Translations under genes and position numbers: made by a program
Shown: positions 13,807 to 23,277 of the stretch, in pieces
Numbering within the stretch: the first letter of the stretch is position 1
Layout: the number at the start of each line of letters is the position of its first letter
DNA from: Candidatus Eiseniibacteriota bacterium
Lineage (GTDB): Bacteria > Eisenbacteria > RBG-16-71-46 > SZUA-252
DNA length: 64,000 nucleotides
Direction: 5' to 3'
NCBI GenBank assembly: GCA_963703225.1
Contig: OY969801.1
Span: 1,216,001 to 1,280,000, forward strand
The notes under the pieces: model-generated
What the model was told of the DNA's origin: nothing
The model's database searches: none
Seen by the model: only the letters and a program-made list of their open reading frames with translations

Positions 13807-15513
13807 ATGCTATCGGAAGGGGACCCGCAGCTCCGCCAGGCGGTCCGGGCGGTCATCCTTGGCCGGATGGCGCTCATCACGCTGGTGGCCGCGATGGCCG
13901 TGGCCTTCTCGGACTCCGGCCTGAGCCTGACCCGGCACTACCCGTTTGCGTTCCTGGTCGTGCTCTCGGCGGGATTGGCTGTGGCGTACCACCACGCGGC
14001 GAAGAGCGGGGCGGAGGTGAACGCCCTGCTCACGACGCAGTTCTTGGTCGACGTTGCGGTGATTTCGTATCTCCTCCTGTTCACCGGGGGCACCTCCAGC
14101 CAGTTCGCGCCGCTCTACCTGCTGGCGCCGCTGATGGGAGGGATCTTCCTCACGGTGCGCGGGGGACTGCTCTTCGCGGCGGCCGCGACGGTCGCGTATG
14201 GAGCGTTCTACGTCGCGGAAGTCGGCGGGATGGTCCTGCCGATGGCGTACGGGTTGACCGAGCGCTTGAGCGAGCCCGCGCTTCGGATTCGCCTGATCCT
14301 GTACGTGCCGCTTCTGTTCGTCGTGGGGGCGATCGGGGGCGCGATCGGGAGGTCGCTTCGAGAGGGCAGGCTCGCGCTGGACGAAGCCCGCACGCAGCTC
14401 AATCGGGCGCTGTTCGATACCGAGACGATCCTCGAAAACCTATCGAGCGGTCTCGCAACGATCGACGCGGGCGGTTCGGTGCGCCATTGGAATCGGGCAG
14501 CGGGAGAAATCTTCTCGATCCCGGCCTCTGCGGTTCAGGGGAAGCACTATCTGGAGAGCTTTGGTCCGGGGTTGGAGGCTTTCGCCTCACGGCTCCGCGA
14601 TTCGTTGGAGCGGGGCGCTGAAGGAACGAGGTTTGAGGTGACGGTTTCGACGAAGAACGGCCGGACGGTTCCGCTCGGCATCTCGACGAGCCTTTTGCTC
14701 GGCTCGTCCGGCGAGCGGCGCGGGGTGATCGCGCTCTTCCAGGATCTCTCCGAGGTGAAGGCTCTGGAAGAGCGAATTCGTAGGGGCGAGACGCTGGCGG
14801 CGATCGGAGAGCTATCCGCGGGGATCGCGCACGAAATCCGGAACTGCCTGAACCCGATCAGCGGCTCGGTGGAGGTGCTTCAGAAGGAGCTGAAGGTGGA
14901 AGGAGAGAACGCGAGACTCCTCGACCTGGTGGTCCGGGAGTCGGAGCGGCTCGAGCACTTTGTCTCCGAGCTTCTCGAGTATGCCCGCGAACGTCCGCTG
15001 AAAACGGAGATCGTCGAAGCAGCGGCCCTCGCGTCGGAGTCTATCGAGATCGCGCGGCGTCATCCGAGCGCGGCGCCAGGGAAGCGGGTATCGCTGGACG
15101 GTCCACGATCGCCCGTCTGGATCAAGGTCGACTTCGACCAGATGAAGCAGGTGATGACGAATCTCTTGATCAATGCCTTGGAAGCGATCGGGGAGTCCGG
15201 AACCGTGACGGTGGTGATCCGGGAGGATCAGCGGGCACCCGGAGCCTGGGGGCGGGCGGGCGGTCGCCGGGCCGTCCTGGAGGTAACCGATACGGGCGAG
15301 GGAATCGCGCCCAAGGACGTGAATCAGGTATTCGAGCCGTTCTTCTCCACCAAGCAGGGCGGAACCGGGCTCGGTCTGGCGATCGCCAATCGGATCGTCG
15401 AGCGCCATGGTGGAAATGTCGAAGTCGAGAGCCGGGTCGGCGTGGGGACCACGATGCGAGTGTGGATTCCCCAGGCAGACAATCCGGCGCGAACCGTCGC
15501 GCACGCGGCATAA
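13807..15513 (+). CDS. pilS: Membrane PAS sensor histidine kinase
   Basis: About 6 TM helices, PAS domain, AHEIRN H-box, NLLINA, DTGEGI, GTGLGL; lies between pilC and pilR. Confidence 0.88.
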   Translation: MLSEGDPQLRQAVRAVILGRMALITLVAAMAVAFSDSGLSLTRHYPFAFLVVLSAGLAVAYHHAAKSGAEVNALLTTQFLVDVAVISYLLLFTGGTSSQFAPLYLLAPLMGGIFLTVRGGLLFAAAATVAYGAFYVAEVGGMVLPMAYGLTERLSEPALRIRLILYVPLLFVVGAIGGAIGRSLREGRLALDEARTQLNRALFDTETILENLSSGLATIDAGGSVRHWNRAAGEIFSIPASAVQGKHYLESFGPGLEAFASRLRDSLERGAEGTRFEVTVSTKNGRTVPLGISTSLLLGSSGERRGVIALFQDLSEVKALEERIRRGETLAAIGELSAGIAHEIRNCLNPISGSVEVLQKELKVEGENARLLDLVVRESERLEHFVSELLEYARERPLKTEIVEAAALASESIEIARRHPSAAPGKRVSLDGPRSPVWIKVDFDQMKQVMTNLLINALEAIGESGTVTVVIREDQRAPGAWGRAGGRRAVLEVTDTGEGIAPKDVNQVFEPFFSTKQGGTGLGLAIANRIVERHGGNVEVESRVGVGTTMRVWIPQADNPARTVAHAA

Positions 15514-15538
15514 CTCTCTCTACAGCGAGGATGGTCCT

Positions 15539-16923
15539 GTGGCCGGCGAGAAAATCCTAATCGTAGACGACGAAGAGAGCATGGTTCAGTTCCTCTCGAT
15601 CCTCCTTTCCAAGGAGGGTTATGAGGTTCGCGTCGCGCGTTCGGGCCGGGATGCCCTGCAGCATGCGGAGGAGGAGAATTTCGATGTCGTGGTGACCGAC
15701 ATCAAGATGCCTGGGGAGATCGACGGGTTCGGCGTGCTCTCAGGGGTCAAGAAGATCGACCCCAGCATTCCGGTCGTGATCCGGACGGCGTTCGCCTCTC
15801 AGAAGTCGGCCATCGAGGCACTGAACCGCGGCGCCTACCAGTATCTCGAGAAGAGCGCCAAGAACGACGAGATCCGGCTCGTCATCAAAAACGCGCTCGC
15901 CATGCGGCGGGTGCAGTCCGAGAACGTGCTTCTCAAGCGCCAGCTCAAGAGAACGGATGACTCCAAGGAGATCATCGGGCACAGCGAGCAGATCCAGAAG
16001 GTGCTGAAGCTGGTGGAGAGGGTGGCCGACACCGACTCCACGATCCTGATCGTGGGCGAGAGCGGCACGGGCAAGGAGCTGATCGCCAAGCGCGATCCAC
16101 TACTTGAGCCGCAAGTGCGACGGTCCGTTCGTCTCCATCAACTGCGGGGCGCTGCCCAAGGATCTGCTGGAGTCGAACCTGTTCGGCCACGTCAAGGGCT
16201 CCTTCACCGGTGCGGTGCGCGACCAGGAAGGATTGCTGGCCGTGGCAGGGGGAGGCTCGTTCTTCCTCGACGAGGTGGGTGAAACCCTGCCGGCGACCCA
16301 GGTCAAGCTTCTGCGCGCGCTGCAGGAGCGCGAGATCATCCCGGTGGGCGGTACCAAGCCTCGGAAGATCGACGTGCCGGCTCATCGCCGCGACGAACGC
16401 CGACCTCGAGCGGGCCGTCTCGGAGAACCGATTCCGGGCCGATCTCTACTACCGGCTCAACGTGATCCAGATCCGCCTTCCGGCGCTCCGCGAGCGAAAG
16501 GACGACATCGAGGAGATGGTCGAGCACTTCCTGAAGAAGCTGACCGCCGGGAAGGAGCCGAAGACGCTGAGCAAGGAGTCCCGAGACATCCTCCTCGCCT
16601 ACGACTGGCCGGGCAACGTCCGCGAGCTGGAGAACGTCATCGAGCGTGCGGTCATCCTGACCGAGAACGGCGTGATCGCGCCGGAAGATCTGCCCGAGCG
16701 GGTTCTGGAAGGCGGAAAGGGGCGGGGGAGCCTCGTCATCGACAATCCCAACATGACCCTGGACGAGCTGGAGCGGGAGTACATCCTCAAGGTGCTCCAC
16801 CACACCAGCGGTCAGAAGAAGAGGGCATCGGAGATCCTGGGGATCAACCCGTCCACGCTCTACCGCAAGCTTCTTTCCTACGGCCTGCTGCACGAGAAGG
16901 ACGGTATCGAGCTGGAAGCATAG
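15539..16923 (+). CDS. pilR: Sigma54-dependent response regulator, NtrC family (frameshifts near 16092 and 16378)
   Basis: Receiver domain (IVDDE, TDIKMP), [36 protein letters not shown]-terminal HTH ([12 protein letters not shown]). Confidence 0.9.
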
Positions 16924-17096
16924 CGGCCGCAATTTGACCGGCCCCGCATCCCACATTGCAATATGTGGTTTGCGGGGTCCCCACGGTGCATGTTGCCCGT
17001 TTGAAGGTCCTCGGACCCCACTGGCCCGACCCATCCCATCCGGCAACCCACTGCAAAATCAGGAGATACTCGACACGCGGCCGGCCATTTCTCCCA

Positions 17097-17112
17097 TGGC
17101 ATGGACGTTGCT
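17097..17112 (+). promoter_or_regulatory. Sigma54 promoter upstream of first pilin gene
   Basis: TGGCAT-GGACG-TTGCT. Confidence 0.82.
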
Positions 17113-17180
17113 TTGACCCATGGGTGAAGACGCACACTCACCCGGTCAGGGAAGACTGGGTCGAAGGGAGGTGTTGGCAC

Positions 17181-17591
17181 GTGGTCCGAGACTCGAAGGG
17201 TTTCACTTTGATCGAGCTGATGATCGTCGTCGTGATCATCGGGATCTTGGCGGCAATCGCGATTCCAAACTTCATCGAAATGCAGGACCGAGCACGCGAA
17301 GCAAGCGTGAAAGCGAACATGCACACGGTTCAGATGGCGATCGAAGACTTCGCGACGAAGAGCCAAGGAACGTATCCGGTGGCGGCGGACGCCGCGACGG
17401 TAAAGACGAGCATGCCCAAAGGCTTGTGGCCGACCAATCCGTTCACGGGTGTGGCTGATGAGGTCCCGCTCTGGGATGCGGATCCGGCAGCAATGGGCCG
17501 TTTCGGCGTGAACCCGGCGACGGTCGCGGGCTACACCATCAAGGGATACGGCAAGAATGCGCTGGTGTCGTTGCAGCTCAAGAACGGCTAA
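17181..17591 (+). CDS. pilA: Type IVa major pilin, copy 1
   Basis: GTG start after GGAGG; KG|FTLIELMIVVVIIGILAAIAIPNF class III signal. Confidence 0.92.
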   Translation: MVRDSKGFTLIELMIVVVIIGILAAIAIPNFIEMQDRAREASVKANMHTVQMAIEDFATKSQGTYPVAADAATVKTSMPKGLWPTNPFTGVADEVPLWDADPAAMGRFGVNPATVAGYTIKGYGKNALVSLQLKNG

Positions 17592-17620
17592 GGACAGCCA
17601 AACTCGAAAGGAGTACTACC

Positions 17621-18028
17621 ATGATTCGCAACCAGAAGGGCTTCACCCTGATCGAGCTGATGATCGTGGTCGTGATCATCGGCATCTTGGCGGCGATCGC
17701 GATTCCGAACTTCGTCGCCATGCAGAACCGCGCCCGCGAGGCGAGCGTGAAGGCGAACATGCACAGCTTCCAGCTCGCGATCGAGGACTTCGCGGTCAAG
17801 AACACCGGCACCTATCCGGTGGCTGCGGACGCTGCGGCCGTGCAGGCGAACATGCCGAGCGGCACGTGGCCGACGAACCCGTTCACGAACGTTGTTAACG
17901 AGGCTGCCCTCTGGGTGGCTCCGGCCGCTCAGGGCCGTTATGGCACGAGCGTGTCGACGACGACCGGGTACACGATCCAGGGTTTTGGCAAGACGGCGCT
18001 GCTCACCCTGCAGCTGACCAACGGTTAA
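17621..18028 (+). CDS. pilA: Type IVa major pilin, copy 2
   Basis: AAGGAG RBS; MIRNQKG|FTLIELM. Confidence 0.93.
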   Translation: MIRNQKGFTLIELMIVVVIIGILAAIAIPNFVAMQNRAREASVKANMHSFQLAIEDFAVKNTGTYPVAADAAAVQANMPSGTWPTNPFTNVVNEAALWVAPAAQGRYGTSVSTTTGYTIQGFGKTALLTLQLTNG

Positions 18029-18030
18029 TC
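17636..18030 (+). repeat. Near-identical direct repeat (second copy at 18234-18628)
   Basis: By-eye alignment finds about 7 mismatches in ~395 nt at an offset of 598 nt. Confidence 0.9.
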
Positions 18031-18041
18031 ATTAACCGGCC

Positions 18042-18087
18042 AAGGGGCGGCAGATCCCAGGTTTTCGGGGCTGCCGCCCTTCTTTTT
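18042..18087 (+). terminator. Intrinsic terminator after pilin copy 2
   Basis: GGGCGGCAG...CTGCCGCCC stem followed by TTCTTTTT. Confidence 0.8.
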
Positions 18088-18131
18088 GGCCACAGGAAGG
18101 CCCCAGGTGGCGGTGACAAATCCACTGCGGG

Positions 18132-18147
18132 TGGCACGCCTCTTGCC
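18132..18147 (+). promoter_or_regulatory. Sigma54 promoter upstream of third pilin gene
   Basis: TGGCAC-GCCTC-TTGCC. Confidence 0.8.
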
Positions 18148-18218
18148 CGGAACGTCTGTGGTGGAACGTGGTTCCCCACGGCGACGGGCGGTAAAGAGCC
18201 TGCGAAAGGAGATTCACA

Positions 18219-18626
18219 ATGCTCCACAACGACAAGGGTTTCACTCTGATCGAGCTGATGATCGTGGTCGTGATCATCGGCATCTTGGCGGCCATCGCGA
18301 TTCCGAACTTCGTGGCCATGCAGAACCGCGCCCGCGAGGCGAGCGTGAAGGCGAACATGCACAGCTTCCAGCTCGCGATCGAGGACTTCGCGGTCAAGAA
18401 CACCGGCACCTATCCGGTGGCTGCGAACGCTGCGGCCGTGCAGGCGAACATGCCGAGCGGCACGTGGCCGACGAACCCGTTCACGAACGTTGTTAACGAG
18501 GCTGCTCTCTGGGTGGCTCCGGCCGCTCAGGGCCGTTATGGCACGAGCGTGTCGACGACGACCGGGTACACGATCCAGGGTTTTGGCAAGACGGCGCTGC
18601 TCACCCTGCAGCTGACCAACGGCTAA
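18219..18626 (+). CDS. pilA: Type IVa major pilin, copy 3
   Basis: AAGGAG RBS; MLHNDKG|FTLIELM; mature protein differs from copy 2 by one residue. Confidence 0.93.
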   Translation: MLHNDKGFTLIELMIVVVIIGILAAIAIPNFVAMQNRAREASVKANMHSFQLAIEDFAVKNTGTYPVAANAAAVQANMPSGTWPTNPFTNVVNEAALWVAPAAQGRYGTSVSTTTGYTIQGFGKTALLTLQLTNG

Positions 18627-18679
18627 TCAGACCTCGACCGACGACCGGTCGAACAGCCTCTAGGGGGATTCGTAACGCC

Positions 18680-19696
18680 ATGTCCGAGCGGTTGAGCACC
18701 GGCGCGCGGGGGCGCGTCGGGGCGGCTACGGGACCGATGATCCGGGAGGTCGAACCCCTCCCGGTGCTCCGGGTAGAGGGCCTCACGAAGGTCTACCGGG
18801 ATCCGATGACCCTCCGGCCGTTCACCGCGGTGGAGGGCGTCTCGCTCTCGCTGACGCGAGGGGAGATCTTCGGCCTCCTCGGTCCGAATGGAGCCGGCAA
18901 GACGACCACGATCAAGTTGATCCTCGGGCTCGGCAAGCCGACGGAAGGGTCGATCCGGATCGATGGCCGGGATCCACGCGAGCCTGCGGCTCGCCGTCGC
19001 CTTGGGTACCTTCCGGAAAATCCCTGCTTCTACGACCATCTGTCGGCAACCGAATATCTCGAACTGGCTGGCTCACTCTTCGGGCTCGACGCACGCTCCG
19101 CGCGGCGTCGCGGCGAGGCGCTTCTCGAGCGCTTCGGGCTTGCCTCCCACGCGCGGAAGCCACTCCGCAAATTCTCCAAGGGGATGACGCAGCGACTCGG
19201 CCTGGCGCAGGCGCTCCTCAACGAGCCGACCTTTCTGGTCCTCGACGAGCCGATGTCCGGCCTCGATCCCATCGGCCGCGCCGAGGCGAAGCAGATCCTC
19301 CGCGAGGAGCGGATGCGCGGCGCCACGATTCTCATGTCGAGCCACGTGCTGGCGGAGACCGAGTCGATCTGCGACCGGATCGGAATCATGAACTCCGGGA
19401 AGTTGCTCGAGGTGGGACCCGTTCGCGGGCTCCTCGCGACGGGCGTTCGCGAGTGGGAGATCGCGGTGGAGTCGTTGCCCGAGGCCACTGCCGGAGCGCT
19501 CCGGGCCGCGGGGCATGGGGTCGAGTCGGCGGGGACCCGCCGCATGATCCGCGTGGTCGACGGGAGAGCGCTCCAAGACGTGCTCAAGGCGCTGACTCAG
19601 AGCGACATTTTCGTGCATGCGGTGGAGCCTCGTCGCGAGACGCTCGAAGAGCATTTCGTGAGGACACTCCACGGCGATGGAACGGCGCGCCCATGA
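18680..19696 (+). CDS. ABC transporter ATP-binding protein (pilus-associated, Myxococcus PilH-like)
   Basis: GPNGAGKTT, FSKGMTQR, LVLDEP, SSH. Confidence 0.9.
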   Translation: MSERLSTGARGRVGAATGPMIREVEPLPVLRVEGLTKVYRDPMTLRPFTAVEGVSLSLTRGEIFGLLGPNGAGKTTTIKLILGLGKPTEGSIRIDGRDPREPAARRRLGYLPENPCFYDHLSATEYLELAGSLFGLDARSARRRGEALLERFGLASHARKPLRKFSKGMTQRLGLAQALLNEPTFLVLDEPMSGLDPIGRAEAKQILREERMRGATILMSSHVLAETESICDRIGIMNSGKLLEVGPVRGLLATGVREWEIAVESLPEATAGALRAAGHGVESAGTRRMIRVVDGRALQDVLKALTQSDIFVHAVEPRRETLEEHFVRTLHGDGTARP

Positions 19697-20460
19697 ACCG
19701 CATGCTCGCCGTGGCTCGAAACACGGTCCGGGAGGTGCTGCGCGAGCGGATCGTCCTCATCCTCGCGCTCTTCGGCGTGGCGCTCGTCGCCGCCTCTCAG
19801 GTGCTTTCGCCCCTGGCGCTCGGCGAAGGGCGGAAGGTGGTCACCGATTTCGGACTGGCCGGCTCGGCGCTCCTCGCGACCCTCTGCGTCGTGTTCCTGG
19901 GATCAAGTCTCCTGTACAAGGAGCTGGATCGCCGGACGATCTATGCCGTGATGGCCAAGCCGATCCACCGCGCGGAATTCCTGTTCGGGAAATTCGTCGG
20001 TCTCTGGGCGACCACGGGGTTCCTTCTGGTGGGGATGACGGTCATCCTGCTCGCGCTACTCACCGTGGTGCACCGCGAGACGCCCTGGAATCTTCTTGGG
20101 TCGCTCCTGCTCACGCTGATCGAGCTGGGGATCGTCACGGCACTCGTGATCTTCTTCTCATCGTTCACCACCCCGGGGCTCACGGCCTTCTTCACGATCG
20201 CGGTCGTCGTGGCAGGCAACTTCGCGGATGAGTTCCTCTACTTCGGCGTGCAGGGCGGCTCGCCGCTCGTCGCGGGCGTGACGGGATTCTTCTACTGGCT
20301 GGTTCCGCACCTCACTGTCTTCAACGCGCGCGGCCTGGTCACGCACGGAATCCTGGTCCCGCCGGAACGGCTCGCGTTTGCCGCGGCGTATGGACTCCTC
20401 TACATGGGAGCGCTCCTGGCCGCCGCGGCCGCGATCTTCGAGCGGCGGGAATTCCGATGA
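19693..20460 (+). CDS. ABC-2 type permease (Myxococcus PilI-like)
   Basis: KELDRRTIYAVMAKPIHRAEFLFGKF; about 6 TM helices; ends IFERREFR. Confidence 0.85.
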   Translation: MNRMLAVARNTVREVLRERIVLILALFGVALVAASQVLSPLALGEGRKVVTDFGLAGSALLATLCVVFLGSSLLYKELDRRTIYAVMAKPIHRAEFLFGKFVGLWATTGFLLVGMTVILLALLTVVHRETPWNLLGSLLLTLIELGIVTALVIFFSSFTTPGLTAFFTIAVVVAGNFADEFLYFGVQGGSPLVAGVTGFFYWLVPHLTVFNARGLVTHGILVPPERLAFAAAYGLLYMGALLAAAAAIFERREFR

Positions 20461-21131
20461 CACGAGTTCTTGGCCGGGCGTCCGCGCTCGCGCCGTTCGC
20501 CATCGCGTTGACTCTCCTCGTGAGCGCCGATGTTCTTCACGGTGCCGCAAAGGGCCAGCTTCGCCGGAGCAGCGAGGACGAGCTGCTCTACTACCCGTCG
20601 GGGCTCATGGTCCGCCAAGCGTCGCTCGGCTATGAGACCGCTGCGGCCGACATCGCGTGGCTCCGCGGCATCCAGTACTACGGCGAGCACCGTCTCACCG
20701 ACCTGAAGTTCGACATGATCGGGCACGTCATGGAGATCGTGGCCGACCTCGACCCGGCGTTCATCCAGCCCTACATCTTTGGAGCGTTCGTGCTCGCGCA
20801 GGAGATGCACGAGCCGCAGCGAGGGCTGGCGCTCCTGGAGCGGGGCCGGATGGCGAACCCCGAGAACTGGGAGCTGGCCTTCGAGATCGGATTCCTCCAC
20901 TACGTCTGCCTCCACAACGATCGGGCCGCGGCGACCTACTTCACCTGGGCGAGCCGCCTTCCGAATCATCCCGAGTACGTGGAGCGGTTCGCGGCGTTCG
21001 CGAACCGGAAGGCAGGAAATCACGCAATGGCGATCCTGCTCTGGAAGCGGGTGCTCGCGACCGGGAACACCTACATGCAGGAGGTCGCGCAGCGCGAGCT
21101 CAACGATCTCGAGGGAGGATCTGCGCGATGA
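20457..21131 (+). CDS. Membrane-anchored TPR-like pilus accessory protein
   Basis: N-terminal TM; ADIAWLRGIQYYG, DLDPAF, LLERGRMANPENW helical repeats; coupled to the ABC genes. Confidence 0.65.
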   Translation: MTRVLGRASALAPFAIALTLLVSADVLHGAAKGQLRRSSEDELLYYPSGLMVRQASLGYETAAADIAWLRGIQYYGEHRLTDLKFDMIGHVMEIVADLDPAFIQPYIFGAFVLAQEMHEPQRGLALLERGRMANPENWELAFEIGFLHYVCLHNDRAAATYFTWASRLPNHPEYVERFAAFANRKAGNHAMAILLWKRVLATGNTYMQEVAQRELNDLEGGSAR

Positions 21132-21904
21132 TGACGGGCTCGGCATTTGTCCAGGCGACGGCCTTTGTGGTCGGCCTTGTCTTCGGCAGCTTCCTCAACG
21201 TCGTCATCGCGCGCTTACCGCGCGGGGAGTCGATCGTCCGGCCCGCGTCGCGGTGTCCGCGGTGCCGCAAGCCGGTCCGGCCATGGGACAACGTGCCGGT
21301 TCTCTCCTATCTGATTCTCCGCGGCCGGTGCCGCGACTGCGGGAAGCGAATTCCGCTTCGCTACCCGGTCATCGAACTCTCCGCGGGTGTCCTGTTGTGG
21401 CTCCTCGCGCGGCAGGTGGCGCATCCGCTGCTCCTGGTACCCCAGGCCGCATTCCTGCTAACGCTCTTGGCCGTGGCCTGGATCGACCTCGACACCCGAA
21501 CGATCCCGGACGTGTTCACGATCCCCGGGGTGGGGCTCGGCCTCGCCGCGAGCCTCTTCGGTCCCCCCGGCCTCGGGGCTTCGCTCCTCGGCGCGGCGGC
21601 CGGCGGCGCGAGCCTCTGGTTGGTCGGTTATGCCTATGAAAGGGCGACGGGCGTTCCCGGGATGGGCGGCGGAGACGTGAAGTTGGCGGCAATGATGGGA
21701 GCGTTCCTTGGCGCCGCCGGTGTCTTCGGCGCAATCTTCTTGGCTTCGCTCGCCGGCTCCGTGTTCGGCGCCCTCCTCATCGCGAGGGGGAAGGGATCCC
21801 GCCGCAGCGCCATTCCTTTTGGAACGTTCCTGGCTCCCTCGGCGATGGTGCTCCTGCTCTACGGCGACAGGCTCTACGGTTGGTATCGAACCCTGATCCC
21901 TTGA
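21128..21904 (+). CDS. pilD: Prepilin peptidase / N-methyltransferase
   Basis: GSFLNVVIARLP, SRCPRC, GRCRDC, WIDLD, GMGGGDVKL, IPFGTFL. Confidence 0.95.
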   Translation: MMTGSAFVQATAFVVGLVFGSFLNVVIARLPRGESIVRPASRCPRCRKPVRPWDNVPVLSYLILRGRCRDCGKRIPLRYPVIELSAGVLLWLLARQVAHPLLLVPQAAFLLTLLAVAWIDLDTRTIPDVFTIPGVGLGLAASLFGPPGLGASLLGAAAGGASLWLVGYAYERATGVPGMGGGDVKLAAMMGAFLGAAGVFGAIFLASLAGSVFGALLIARGKGSRRSAIPFGTFLAPSAMVLLLYGDRLYGWYRTLIP

Positions 21905-21937
21905 GACCGGCCGCGCCGACGGCGTGAGTCTGCGGAG

Positions 21938-22453
21938 ATGAAATCGATGAAACCCGATCCGGCTTTGGGCCCCGGCGGCGAGCCGCGCGGTGGGCGATGG
22001 TTCCGAATTCAGGACCTCGCGGTCGCCCTCCTGCTCTCCGGAATCGTGACGGCCATCGCGGTGCCGGGAATCAATCGCTTCATGAGAAGCCTGGACCTGA
22101 ACAAGCAGGTCCAGCAGGTGGCGACGATGTTCCGCGTGGCGCGCCAGCGGGCGATCACCGATAACAACGCCTATGTCGTCTGGTGGAGCCCAGCCCAACG
22201 GGGTTGGGGATGGTGGGACGACGACAATGACAACGGGGTGAAGGACCCGACCGAGGCGGGGCAGGATCCGGTCCCGCTCCCGTCGTGGGTGGTCGTCTCG
22301 CCGTCGAGCACCAACCGGTTTCCCTCCGATTCGCTCCGATTCGCACCCGACGGGGGCGCCAGTGCCTCCGGCACCGTGACGCTCTCCAATTCAGACGGCT
22401 ACACGCGTTCGTTGTCGGTGGTCCGGCCGACGGGGATGGTGACGGTTCAGTGA
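21938..22453 (+). CDS. FimT/GspH-like minor pilin with atypical N-terminus
   Basis: Hydrophobic helix ending IAVP, ARQRAI, LRFAPDG, SGTVTL, VRPTGMV. Confidence 0.7.
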   Translation: MKSMKPDPALGPGGEPRGGRWFRIQDLAVALLLSGIVTAIAVPGINRFMRSLDLNKQVQQVATMFRVARQRAITDNNAYVVWWSPAQRGWGWWDDDNDNGVKDPTEAGQDPVPLPSWVVVSPSSTNRFPSDSLRFAPDGGASASGTVTLSNSDGYTRSLSVVRPTGMVTVQ

Positions 22454-23277
22454 ACCCCCCTCCTGGCGTCGCGCCTTCCGGATTCGGTCGGCCGGCGACG
22501 GCCCACGAGCCGGCATGGACCCGCACGAACGTGGTCGCGATCACGGTCGCCATCCTTCTCTTCTGCTTTGTCCTCGGCACGAGCTACGAGAACTACCTTC
22601 GCGACCAGGTTGCCGAGCAGAACGGCATTGAGCTCGCCGAGGCAAGCCAGAACGCGCGAAACGGCCTCGACCTGCTCGCGGGCGAGCTCCGCGCGGCGAG
22701 CACCGGCCAGGATCCCGCCGCGCGGCCGCCGATTCTTGTCGCTTCCCAGTACCGGATCACCTTCGCCCTCGATCTGAACGAAAACCACCAGATCGACCTG
22801 GGCGAGGTCGTCACCTACTTTCTCGATCCCAACTGGCGGGAGCGGCCGATTTCGTCGAAGCCCAGTCCCTACGGTTTTGTCCTGCGCCGGAAGGTGGGAT
22901 CGCCGGGTGACTCGCTTGCCACGCCGACACTGGGGCACGGGGAGATCGTCGCCTACGGTCTCAGCCAACGCTCCGTCGATCGCGTGACCACCAAGGACGT
23001 GCCTCTCTTTTCCTATCGGGATTCGCACGGGGTTCCGCTCGAGCTTGGCCCCAGCGCGGGGAACGATCCGGCCGGGGTGTTCTTTGGCCGCACCGTCGTC
23101 AGCTCCGATCTGAGCGCGCGGCCGGGGGTGGCCGCCGCCGGCCGCGTGGCGAGCGTGCGAATCCGATTGGTAGCCGAGACCAAGGAGAGGGATCGCGAGA
23201 CCGGCCGGTACGACCGGGTCACGGTCGGATCGACCGTCGCCGTCGCCGATGCGCCGCCGGCTCAGGTGGCGCCATGA
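22450..23277 (+). CDS. PilW-like minor pilin with atypical N-terminus
   Basis: TM helix followed by QNARNGLDLLAGELRAA, VVTYFL, VRIRLVAET. Confidence 0.62.
   Translation: MNPPPGVAPSGFGRPATAHEPAWTRTNVVAITVAILLFCFVLGTSYENYLRDQVAEQNGIELAEASQNARNGLDLLAGELRAASTGQDPAARPPILVASQYRITFALDLNENHQIDLGEVVTYFLDPNWRERPISSKPSPYGFVLRRKVGSPGDSLATPTLGHGEIVAYGLSQRSVDRVTTKDVPLFSYRDSHGVPLELGPSAGNDPAGVFFGRTVVSSDLSARPGVAAAGRVASVRIRLVAETKERDRETGRYDRVTVGSTVAVADAPPAQVAP

Noticed and set aside
12213..14621. 802 aa ORF appearing to fuse PilT and PilC segments
   Set aside because: Patchwork produced by frameshifts; pilT and pilC have their own stop, RBS and start.
17181..18626. Electrically conductive (Geobacter-type) pilins
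   Set aside because: Full-length ~128 aa mature pilins with Met at position 27 and only about 11 F/W/Y residues; no supporting evidence.
17636..18628. Pilin repeat pair as the TR/VR of a diversity-generating retroelement
   Set aside because: Mismatches are mostly synonymous C/T and G/C changes rather than adenine-specific, and no reverse transcriptase is in the window.
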